A program made the translations under genes and the position numbers. This document shows positions 1-11,962 of a stretch of DNA of 64,000 nucleotides, piece after piece. The notes under the pieces were generated by a model that worked only from the letters and a program-made list of their open reading frames with translations, was not told the DNA's origin and made no database searches. Source of the stretch: Spizellomyces punctatus DAOM BR117 (lineage: Eukaryota); NCBI GenBank assembly GCA_000182565.2, contig KQ257456.1, one strand, 5' to 3'. Each line of letters opens with the position of its first letter. The stretch's first letter is position 1.

Positions 1-1169
1 CTCATATTTTTGGGAACAGGTGTGGACAGAGAATGCATACTGTGGATGGCGGATATCACTGTGACCCGCGAAACTTACTTCTCCAACAGGCACTTCCGGC
101 AACGTTCCAAACATATATTGCTTGACGAAGGATGTACCCGATTGCAAAGTCTGCATAGCGGCAATGGATGTCAAACCATCCGATGGGCCAAAAATAAATG
201 GCGTCATCTCGCCGACACCAATATTCAATAAAAACAAACGGCGGACCACGAGCGCGGTAGTACGATATATGCATTCAGACGGGCGAATGAGGTTAGATAT
301 TGCAATTGCCTAGCGGTACTGCTTTGGACACGTGCAGACCAGCTGCTTGACGGATCGGTCATGTCTTCACGTTTGCAGAACGATCTTGATAGACTGTGGG
401 AAGAACTTTTACGAATCCGCCCTCACCTGGTTCGTTCACTATCGCCTTCGCCGGATCGACGCTGTCCTTCTAACCCACGGCCATGCGGATGCAATGCTCG
501 GGATGGACGATCTCCGCCAGTGGACAATTGGTGGTGCAGCTTTTAGCGTTCAAGATCATATCGACGTTTACTGCAATGAACAAACTATGAGTGTTGTTCA
601 GGGCGCGTTTCCGTACTTGGTTGATAAAGGCAAAGCTACAGGAGGCGGGGACGTGCCAAGTCTCAACTTTCGTATAATGGAAACGACGTCGGAAGGGTAC
701 AAACGATTTATGATTGAAGAGTTGGAAGTCATTCCGGTGGAAGTGGACCACGGAAAGTATTCGGATGGACAACCGTTCAAATGTCTTGGATTCCGGTTTG
801 GGGATGTTACATATGTTAGCGATGCTAGCGGGCTACCTCCTCATGCAAAAGAACTGATACGGGGGAGCAAAGTGTTAGTCATGGATTCTCTGCATTGTGA
901 GTATCTGGATTTATTTCATGGACTGATTGCGGCAATATGACGCTTATATGTTATCAATAGACGGCTCCCATGCATCGCACTTTTCGATCCCCGAAGCGGT
1001 AGAACAATGCGCTTCACTAATCAAACCGGGCGGCCGAGTCTTTTTAACTGGCTTTTCACATCGAGTTGACCATGACACCCTGGCAGAGGAGCTCAGACAG
1101 AACGAGGATTTGAAAAAGGCAGGGGTGAAGGCAGAACCTGCGTACGATGGTCTAAAGGTGGTGATATGA
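1..1169 (+). CDS. Metallo-beta-lactamase fold hydrolase (PhnP-like), 5'-truncated by the window edge, multi-exon
   Basis: Spliced reading LIFLGTGTSGNVP...ILIDCGK...LLTHGHADAMLGMDDLR (HxHxD motif), DHG, YVSD, SHFS, GFSH motifs; stop at 1167-1169. Confidence 0.88.
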
Positions 1170-1376
1170 CAGTTCCCTAGGGTTGGCGCTTTGATAAGTG
1201 CGTCCCCTCGCAAATGTAGAATAGAGTGTCTTTTTAAAGATGTGGATATTGGCAGTTTCACCTCTCGGTTGAATTTTATATGGTTAATGAAAGATTCTTT
1301 CTCGGTACGCACACCTCTCGATATCCAAACATATATGCATAATCAAAAGAAAAAAAATACCAACAGGCTATCTACT

Positions 1377-3336
1377 TTAAAGAATGAGCGACCTGCGCTC
1401 AAAGCCTTCTTGCATGACGGCCAATAGGGTTGTACCATGGCGTCGTTCCCTCCTTGCATTCAGCGCATCCCGGACGATAACTACAACAGCAATCAAACAG
1501 AAAACCACATGCGACACAAACATGATAAAAAAGGGTGCCCCCGAAGTCCACTGATCGAACAGATACCCACCCAATCGAGTGTTGATCAAGATTCCCACGG
1601 CTCCAAAGAAACTGGATACTCCTGCTACACTTCCCCGGATCTGCCGTGGAACATAGGCCGCGGTGACCAGTGAAAGGGACCCGACAACCATGCCGATCTC
1701 CGCGAACCCTATTACGCACATTGCGACATACATTCCGCTTGAGGTCGGGTTTGTGCTGAGAAAGGTCGATAAATAGCTTGCGAGGCCAATGCATCCCGCT
1801 CCCAGGAGAGGAAGGGGGCGATAGCACCGATCTGAAAGCCAGCCTGAAATAATTACAGCTTAACACAAGGTTTTGTCCCACGTCATTTGACTGACTGCTT
1901 ACTGTTCGCTTACCAAAAAGGGGAGCGCCAATCAAAGCAAAAGTTTGGGCAATCCCGGCAAGTATAGATGCTTGCCTATAAGCTTCCCGACAGTTTTCTT
2001 TAACATCTGGATTGTCAACGTCTTGATTGGGACACAGACCCGATTCAATGTAATACTTGTAGATCCATCTGTAACAAATATAATCATTAATTGGTAGAGG
2101 TATTATCTGCGCAAGCCAGTATATGACGCTCTTGTCCGAGGGTTGACTGACAAGCTCGTTCATTCGCATGTTCCTTACTCACAGTGGCAGAAATAAAGTA
2201 AGTATTATGGTGTCACCCCTGGCTAGGAAACTTCCTGCGTAACCCTAATGCAACTCGTCAGCAAACAGTGCGCTGCAGTCAATGCACGCACAGGGAACAA
2301 ACCAGCAGAATTCTAGGGTCCTTGGAAGCCAAAATACCTTCCCATGCAATCTCCTTTATGCTCTTCCTCCGGGTAACTTCAAGTTGGGCTCCATCAGATG
2401 CATCGGTTGCGGGCAATATGGAGCTGGTACTGTTTTCTGTCCCAGTATCGATGGATGCTTTCCGACCGGTGGTGGCATCTGGTGCTTTCAATAGGCTTTC
2501 TTTACTTTGAAGGCATATCCACAACACACAAGCAAATGCAGCCGACAGTCCGGCAGCTATCCAAAACGTGACTCGAAGGCCCTCTGCCCCGTCCCCAAAC
2601 TTGGCCGGCAAGCGTAACAGGAGGAATACCGCAATCAAAGCGCCGCACCCTGATACCAATCCAACCAGACCTGAGGTCTTTCCTCGATCCTGAAACATCA
2701 CGTATATATATCCTTCAGCACTATCGTAAATGATCTCGCGTTATAAAAAACACATACGTCATCACTCGCATAGTCCGACAACACTGCCGTCATCATCGAA
2801 CTCGCCGCTCCTCCGCCCAAAGCAAATACTAAGCGAAAGAGCAGCAGTTGAGGATAGAGATTCTTGGCATATGTGAAAAGCGCCAATCCCAGGGCCATAA
2901 TGGCAAAGCCCAGTCCATATACAGCTCGTCGTCCGATGCGATCTGATGCTATACCCCAGATCCAGACAGCAAATATGGATACAAGCTCATCATAGAAAGT
3001 CAGTGATCCGGAAGCATTTCCAAGCTCCTCTGAAGGGATCAACAAAACTTGGCCCAATACAAAACCCTGCAGAAGTTCTTGCTTTATATGACGCAGAATA
3101 GGATAAATGGCTTCATCTGTCAGTACCTGCGAGGAATTGATGAACACAAATAAGCAAATTCCCAGAGCGGCAGCCAATAAGTAGACGCTGAAGTTGACAT
3201 AAGAAACGGAAGGATTCAGAGTAAATGTCCACAGGAAACGCCTCGTCTCAGGCGTAGGGCGACATTCGGGCCCTGGTGTGTCATTTTGAGAAACATCAAC
3301 GATTTGAACACCGCCAACTTCAGGTCCTTCAGTCAT
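1377..3336 (-). CDS. Major facilitator superfamily transporter, multi-exon
   Basis: MFS motif A WGIASDRIGRRAVY, multiple hydrophobic helices, C-terminal VPRQIRGSVAG..LGGYLFDQW. Confidence 0.88.
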
Positions 3337-3552
3337 CCTGGACTTTGTCCTTGTTGAAGGCGGTGAAGCGATACGAATCCTTGGTCGCCCGCCAGATTGT
3401 TAAACTTGCTTAACTTTGAACACGCCGGGTGGCGGGTCGCACTGTATCTGACCCCTGCTTACATAAGGGATCCAAGGAAGGCTCCGACCAACATGCTGGT
3501 CGGATGAGATGCCCCCTAACTCTTATGAAAGTAGAATATATTTAAATAAATA

Positions 3553-6500
3553 TCAAGCAATAGTGCTTTTCCTCTTTGTCTTTGACGTTTTCTTGGAGCC
3601 GAGCGGCGTCGCTCTAGGTGTTGATGTGGCTACTATCGAAGCAACAATGTACATCCAGTTCATCGCCTTTTCTTCGCTTGGAGTTTGGAAGATGAAGCGA
3701 CCTGCTTTAGCTGTTTGGATCGCGAAACGCTTCGGCGCCTCTTCTACGACGAAGACTTCGCATATATCGGATGCAAGAATGACTTGATGCGACCTCGGCT
3801 GGAAAAGGACGGGATCGGTCTTAGGTACAATCCTCCTATCAGATAGCGGCCCAATATACGTACCACATCCTTTGGGTCCAGATCATAGTGGATGACAAGT
3901 GATGAGGGCGGTACGGTGGAGATTTGCAGATGACACTTCTTCCATACGCTAAAAAAGTTGGAAGTTTTTCTGAATGTGAAAGATCCAGCGAGATACTGCG
4001 GGAAGACAAACCACTTCAGCATTGTAATTATTGTCACAAAGGAACTTGCCAAATTACTGACCTTCGCCATAGGGGCCTCTGCCATGCTTTTGATTTCCAT
4101 GTCATTCTGCTCGATATATAAATCAGAATGCATAATTCCGGAGAGTCCCTTAATTCCACCACCTCCGTCTTCGGAGGCCAGGAAGACCATGTATAAATGA
4201 GTTCCAATCAGCAGTGTCCATATGACAGCGACCATCACCCATAATAGACTAAATCGGAAAACGAATCGCTCAAACGCAGTATTGTTCCTCGTAAAGTACG
4301 CATACGGCACAAGCATCAACGAGAGTATAATCGTCCAGCAGCTGTCAATGGAGATAGGCGTCAGTGACACTGAGCATTAGGCCAACAAAAAACACTTGGT
4401 AGTCGGTACCGACATAGTATATGCTATTTGTTTCGCTTCCCCAAAGTCCGTCGGAGCGTTGCGCGTCTTCCACGCCAAAACTGCATTTATGAGTAGCAGA
4501 ATGACATTGAATCCGTTGACGAGACTCGCGAGCACGTAGCTTCGCGTAATATTGGCTGATCCACAGATACGAATATATGTGGTTGGGGTAGTTTGTAGGA
4601 CAACTATAGGATAGTCCAGCCCCGTCCAGAGAATTAAAAGTAACTGGAGAAAAGCGCTTGTTGGCTGATTGCAGTTTCAGCAAAGTTACGTGAGGTACCA
4701 ATTACCAGTGTTATCAAGAGAATCGCTCCGCTGATTTTGTACAGTTCCCGATTGGGCATCGCGATGGTTTGAAAATCGGCGTTGTCTGTTTGTAAGAGTT
4801 AGCTCATTGTCATTGAGCGACAGAAACCGCATGTTTGCATAGCGAAATCAAAGATGCTAACCAAAAATGCGCCAAATTCGCCATGCCTTAGCTGCAACGT
4901 TTGCCTATCAGCAGATTGATACTAGTTAGTGGTCACCGAGGTTTTCCTGACCATAGAATAATGCTACCATCACAAGGGCAAATCCGACCGATTGAGTCCA
5001 TCTTTCTATTGTACATGTTTGAGGACTGATATCAACGACATTTACGTAAATGGTGGATAACATCGACACAAGACCAATCTACAAGCCAAACAGAAACGCA
5101 TTAGTACGAGCGCCAACTATGGTAACTGAATTGCTCTTCACATACCAAAATATTGACACAGAAGACAGGGCTCCTTTTGACCATTACCTTGTCCGTTCTC
5201 TTCCACAAAATCAGCGCCAGGCTGACGATGCAGATTGCAATGGTCACCGAATACAGTGTAGTAAAAACCGCTCCGGTTGCGTTTTGGATAGTGATCTGAT
5301 CGCGGACCAGCACGACATGATCTAAAGGAACCGTTTGACGGTTGCCGTACCATGTCGGAGCTGCCTTCAATGTCGCCTTCTGCATATCAATACTGCCAAT
5401 AACGGGCAGCGCACGCGCCGAAAAGTAGGACTGTGAATCCCAAGCAGCGCCGTCAAATTGATATATATTTGTATGTCTAGAAAAACGCAACATGACGATT
5501 AGAGCTGAAAACACAAATTCAAAGGGGCAGAAACTAACAATAGTCGGTCTCCTCTACTTGACAATACGATTTTACCGGTGGTTCCTTCATAACCAGTCGA
5601 ATTCCACACTTGTAGGGTAAGGGATTTGTGAAGCTCTTTGTCATACCAGTCGAGAATGGTCAGATTGTCTCGGTTAAGGACTAGGTCAGCGGCGTTGGCA
5701 ACTAGGTAGCAGGGAGGATATGATGAATAAAGTATGGTTCGAAACTCTTTCCTGCAAGGGAAGGACTACGGCAACATACAACTGTAGATCATGTCGTAAA
5801 ATGTTCTTCCCGGTGGGAGAGTAGTTAGTCCCAGTGCCTGTGTACTTCACCTGAAATAAGATTGCAACTTGTGCATTACCTTGGAATAAGCGATAGCTCC
5901 TTTATTGCATATCGATCAGACCACCTATTTAATGACATTAGGGCCATTGTTACAAATCTATGCATCTTTGGACCTCTACAGCCTCATTACCTGTCACTGT
6001 TCTCGTCAATATATGCATCCCACCGGCCTTTCAAGTGCGTCAACATAGCTGGCTGTAAAAGGGGGTCATTATCATATTGCGTAGCATCCTCTTCGACGGT
6101 TATCAATCCCCTGGACTGTGCGAGAAAGTCTTCGCCAAAGGTTTGGATCATGGTGACATTATCCAGGACATTTATTGCCTGTGCACATTGTCCATCCATG
6201 TCAGTTAGTTTTGGTAAGACTATAATAAGGTGGAGCGTAAAGAAACTGTCTCACATGGCTAGAGACCCAAGCGTAGTCTTCTCCCACGAGTCCATACATA
6301 CTACATTCTCAAGTGAGCGCTTGACAAGGAAGTGACATGATTGAATCTTCATACCTGGCAGTGTAATATCAGCAGCGGCACATAGGACCCATGGTTACCG
6401 TGGAGGAGGTAAAAAACTCGCACTGCCTCGTATGCAGAATAAGCAACGGCCATTGCCTACCACAGAACAGACAAAATACATCGAAGAGGCGTACATACAA

Positions 6501-7854
6501 TTTGAGTCTTTCAATTCGTTCATTGCCGGTCCAAGTTCCCTCATGCAGGTCGTCATATTGAAGAGAACAGCGCAATCTTCGCAGTAGCATTGCGCAGACG
6601 TCCCTTTTGACCACCGCAAGGACAGGCCAGTGTTAACTTGAATACAGGTCTCCGATGCTGCATCTAATATCGCTTGGGATGCTGGAAGACATGGGTATTA
6701 GATGAAGAAGGCAGCATCAGATGAGTTGACAACTATCAGGCTACCAAGGTATGCCCCCGGATCCTGGGCACGAACGATTCCGATGTTGGTCCAGTTGAAT
6801 AAGCCCGCAACCTTGATAAGATTCTTGTAGCGCTCTGTACCGCTAGTCATGAGCCAAAAGAACTACCGAGAACAAAACCAAGTCAATAGTGAAATCCAAC
6901 TATCACAAAAGGGACTTAAACGAAACGTTACCTCAGACCCGCTTGGACATGATGGGTTGTCGAAAAATGCACTTCCTTGCGAGAACTAGCAATGACCGAC
7001 TTGTTGATTTTGATATTGCTAAATGAAGTAGTACTTTGAACACCCTAGCTTCGTTACCTGAAAGGCGGTTGAAAAAGCGGCACTCGTAACCGTATCCTGG
7101 TCATTTACAGCTCCAATCACAAACGACAGTTGTGCTTGCGTCAGTCCTGTGACTGTTTGCTTTAGCTGGTAGAACGATGCTTGACCATCAGGGTTCCTAA
7201 TTAAGGAGGAAAGCTAATCATGAAGATGACATTACCGTTAAATCCGAATTGCTGTTGTCTGAAATGTAATCGATCTTCCTGGTGAGAAGCACGCAAAATA
7301 AAGGTATGAAACACCAGCCTGAACTATACCAAGAAAGATTACTTCCAATTTAGAGTCAGGAAGAAGGTTCGGATTGTTGTTAATTTCCGTTTCCGCGAGT
7401 AAAGATGCAGCCTTCGTCCACATAAATGTCTGACTGGACATGGGATGAGATTAGCTAGGCATGTACATGATTTTGGGAAGCTTCACACCACAGGTGTTGT
7501 CTTGGCATGTCTCTCTCATGCTCACCAGGTTTTTGGCGCATACAAATCCGATGAGTTGTCGCAAGAGGCCGGCTGCACGGAGACCCCCACACGAAGTAAG
7601 CCCCCTTTTCCAGGCAATGTTAACCGGGACGCTGGATGTGGGCCAATAATTGGTAACGGAAACTGTACAGGAGGGATGGGAAAAGGAGTTGGTCCGCGAA
7701 TGTATGGTTCGGAGGTCCCGTTGTCATCCTGCATTATTGTTCCATTTTCAAAAAGCCCCCGGTATGTGAGCCATGGAGCCCGAACAGCTGAAGCACATGC
7801 GGTCCCGATCAGATGAAGGATGCATAAGAGCGTGCTGAGAAGGTTGTGAGACAT
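3553..7854 (-). CDS. Class C (GABA-B-like) G-protein-coupled receptor: signal peptide, Venus-flytrap (ANF-receptor-like) ectodomain, 7TM_3 region and C-terminal PH-like domain
   Basis: Signal peptide MSHNLLSTLLCILHLIGTACA; AASLLAETEINNNPNLLPDSKLEV (flytrap N-terminus); VKRSPVFCVNILV; AKAWRIWRIF (~4865-4895); LAWKTRNAPTDFGEAKQIA (~4425-4480); terminal exons 3995-3864 and 3798-3553 splice in frame. Confidence 0.85.
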
Positions 7855-8266
7855 TGGTTTATGGAACGTTATTAGGTTGTGAGCACATTTGAAAAGTCCA
7901 CAGCGGGTGTGTGTGGAGCATTTAGGATGTGGCTTCGTAAGACGGACCCCTTCATACGGATCTGTATTCATGTGTACACGTTTTGCCTTTGGTGCCTTGG
8001 ACTTGTTCATAGAACAAAGTCCTCCTGATTTAGGGGGTGATCCTTAGATCCCGAAAGTGGGAAATCTCAGGGTGACAAAGTAGCGCCAATTAACCCATCA
8101 TGATTTGTCATTGGGGCGATATATGGACATCGTCCATATCCGCTCCCTGTTAAAAATGCTTGCATAAATGATTAATCTTAATCCCTGTCTACTGCGTGCT
8201 ACTTATTGCAAGTTCCAGCATTCAACGGTTGTCGATCTCTACTGCATCAGCCAAAAGTCTCACTTT

Positions 8267-10571
8267 CTAATTCCCGATAGCTACGTTAGTTATAGATTTA
8301 ACTTTCTTGATCTTTTCCTTAAGCTCTGGAGAAAGCACGTCGAATGCAGGAGGAAGCGCGGCCCATTCTTTACGCACACGCTGTCGTACTGTCGTGTAAT
8401 CATCGAACTTGGGCACTACCCCATTATCATAGACGACTTTTAGGAGGTTCTCACCCGCAGGGCCGGCTTCGCGAGGATATACCATGGGAACCTACGGACA
8501 TGGAAAATTAGTCTCACACGCATTATCCCAAGACCAAGCCCAAAGATTACCTGCTGTTCATTTTTGATGACGACAAATTCGCCAGGAAGACTGATTTTTT
8601 CGGATCCGGTTTTCGGCATTTTCATCACATCTCTGGTAAATGAAAAAATATGTGTTAAAGCATGCCAACCATTGCCAATCCTTAGCGTCGTACATGCCTC
8701 TCTGTCCCGTCGAGATAGATCATCTTGCTGAGTTTTGTAGCAAAACTCATCGTATCCCGATTTACTCTCTAATCCGTACGTAAGCACATTCAGTTTGGCT
8801 ATGTACAAACCATCGAAAATGAGACAGTTACCTGCAACAGCCCTCCACCCATCCCAAAGGCTATATTTTGTGCAGCATATCCGGCTTCTGTGACTGCTTT
8901 GAGGATCGCCTGCAGCGTGCTGTAGGTGACGGCGTCTCCTTGGATGATACTGGCTCCTCGCAGGACCTGGAATACTTTCAATACGCCAATTCTTGTACCG
9001 TTGAAAACAAACTTGCATACCTTGAACCCTTTCTTATTGGTGTCTGCACCAAAGACTTTCTCAATTGCCCTACATTGATTCTCAAGCTGACTTGTAACAA
9101 GCAAATGCCTATTTATGTGCGCACCTCAAGCCGAGTAACACCACTTCAACTGGATCGCCGCTGTCAGGACGCAAAACAAGAAATCCACCCTTTTCCAGCT
9201 TATGCTTGGCTATAATCGGAAGAACATTGTCCAGGGCGTTGACATAATCGTACGAGTCCATGACGCAAGCGCAAACGCCGGTGCCAAACTTATCCAACAA
9301 CTGGATAATTGCTTCCTAAAAACATGGCTAACTAAGCTCTGGTATCTGCGACCGCAACAATTACAGCCGAAATACCTTTTCGGTTGGGTATGCGGTCATC
9401 ACAGAATGCTCCGTTGCCGGGATAGAAGTGGCCACGGGTTTCCCATCATTCAGTCGGAATTGGGCATAGAAGGCCGCGCTGAGGGTGTCGGTTCCTTCGA
9501 AGTTCAACTAGTGAACGGCGAGTGTTACACCTTGAAGTCTTAAAGATCTCGACCCATGACTTACTAAGTGAGCACATCCGCCAATGATTGACTGCTCAAC
9601 CGATGTGCACGCTCGGAAACCAAAATCGTGCAGCCGGCTGTCACGTTCACGTTCATGTTCATGAGCGTTTATCGAACTCGTCACAAGACTGAAAACCGCC
9701 AGTACCTATTCAGTGTCCAGTAGCCATCTTCATCCACCGATCTCTCGTATGCAGCCTCAATGACATCTCGCGACCTTCTTGATAGTGTGGCTACTGTGGA
9801 AGGATACTTTCTACCGTCCTCAGCATCAGGTCGACTAGGAAAGTCTCACACCAAGTCATTTAACATACCCAAACCATGGTCAAAATCGTTTCCAGGTAGG
9901 TAACAAGGCGGGAATATTCATTTTCTGCGGTGATCTGGTAGATGGGGACACGCGGATACGCGACGGTTCCTTCCGGTAGAGCTTCAATCTTCACAGGAAA
10001 GTAACCTAATGCCTCGCGCCCTATTTAGTATGGCTATTCGGTAATAGGGCACGGATGCTCGCTGTAGCACACCATTGTTTTCTTCAATAAACTGTCGTAA
10101 TACTAATTAAATCGAGCCCACGAAACTCTTCAAGCACCTGCGTCCTCATGACACACTCACTTTTATAAACAAATCCTTAGGAAAAGGAAATTGTGTGTAC
10201 CCTTGATGAGAGCGAATATAAATAACACTCGGCTGTGGAAGATGTATAATAATGATACGAACCCGCATTATGCATGGAAAAGAACCTTTCCGCAAGGGCA
10301 ACGTCTTCCAAGGTCCATGGTTTGGAGACATAGTTCTCAATAATGTAGCGAATGCCGTAGGCAACGATACGGCGGTCATTCAGATCCTTGTCATAGCCTG
10401 TGCGGAATTCACCATACGCGATCATCTGCAGGTTACAAATACGTGAGACTCCATAGTCCCTAATTCCTTCGCCAGAGTAATGTGTACCTTTTTGGCCTCA
10501 GGATATAGCTCAAAATGGGTCGTTTTGTAAGAATCCGTCAACAACGGAAGGGGGACCCCGAACGGGATCAT
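8267..10571 (-). CDS. NAMPT: Nicotinamide phosphoribosyltransferase (NAMPT/NadV type), many short exons
   Basis: LLTDSYKTTH, LHDFGFR, SIPATEHSV, VMDSYD, VLRPDSGDP, IIQGD, NIAFGMGGGLLQ and RDTMSFATK motifs across exons. Confidence 0.92.
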
Positions 10572-11014
10572 GGCGATCGCGGCGTGTGTGAATTGGAGGA
10601 CGGATGGTGGACCGTTGTGCTGCTGTCAAAACGGAATGGCGCGCACTCAAACGCTGAGTCCGACGGCCGGGCAGATATCGGAGGGCTTTGATCTTAGTCA
10701 TGTGCGCGTTCGCGATCAGATTCATTAAAGACGGGGTTGGAAGATAAGCCAACAGATGGACGGGGGGGATTTCACGCATTTCAAGGACAATACACAAATG
10801 CTGGCATTTGGAGCGCTGCAGAGTCTACGACAGCGCTGACAGTTGCGACGAGTGCGGGTGTAGGAACTCGGCGATCTTGTCGTAGGGTGCCGGCGGGAAG
10901 AGCAAGCGATCTGGCCGGTTCGAACCGTTGACCTATCGAAATTGAAATACACAGCCACATGGGAGAAAACGACCTGGGAAGCATCTGCCAAATGTTCCAA
11001 TTTCTTCCAAAAGA

Positions 11015-11842
11015 ATGGAATGCTCCAAAGTGCCTGGTCTATTTCTCATCGATGATTTTATAAGCAAAGAGGTATGCTTTTCCTGCTTTTCTCAGCCATG
11101 ACGCCGCCCTCAGAACCACGTCAGTTGAAACTGACCGCCAGCTTTTGCATAGGAAGAAGACCAATTGTTAGCCACGTTGGACGGGAGGGCATGGGGGGGC
11201 AAGGGGCAAAAACCCAATGAAGAACTACGGCGACGAACTCAACAATATGGCTATTTGTTCTCCTTCCGAACGCGGCAAGTCGAAGAACACCTTGGCCCAC
11301 TTCCGGCGTTTGTCGATGGTGTTGTCGAGCGGATGCGGGCGTTTGGAGTGTTTGCCAAAGAACCACCAGAATACTTGCTCGTGAATGAGTACGAAAGGGG
11401 GCAAGGGTAGGTGGAGAAAGTGATTTCGCTTAGAGACGCTGTAGATCTCTATCGATGAGGTTAACAAAACTCGGACCATTCATTATCACAGAATAATGCC
11501 CCATGTTGATGCCTCAACCTTTGGGTCTACAGTAACCTCGCTATCACTGCTCACTCCTTGCGTAATGACATTTAGCAAGAGGGATTCTGGAGAAAGTGTA
11601 GACATTTTGCTGCGTGAGTATTGCAAGATCACGATCGTCGTTCATATTGGGTTGCACATTAGGAATCTCATCTGGTATGCATGATTTTAGGGCCCCGGTC
11701 GTTGTTGGTTCTCACCGGGGATTCAAGGTACAATTTCACGCACAGTATATCAAAAAATCAAGTAGATCATTACTGCGGCGAACCGATTGAGCGCGGTCGC
11801 AGGGTGTCCCTGACTTTTCGGCGCAGAGCGGAGTCGTCATGA
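11015..11842 (+). CDS. AlkB-family 2-oxoglutarate/Fe(II) dioxygenase (about 200 aa, 4 exons)
   Basis: MECSKVPGLFLIDDFISKE, RRTQQYGY, LVNEYERGQGIMPHVD (HxD), PRSLLVLTGDSRYNFTHSI (distal H), RRVSLTFR (RxxxxxR). Confidence 0.88.
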
Positions 11843-11962
11843 TCACGACGTCGGCGATTGCGCGGTTTCCCATTCGGATTCTCCTCTTTCAAAGAAAAGC
11901 CCCGACGTGCATGTAGAGACAAATAGCAGAGACTGCACGTACGAAATGGAGAATAACTGCCA

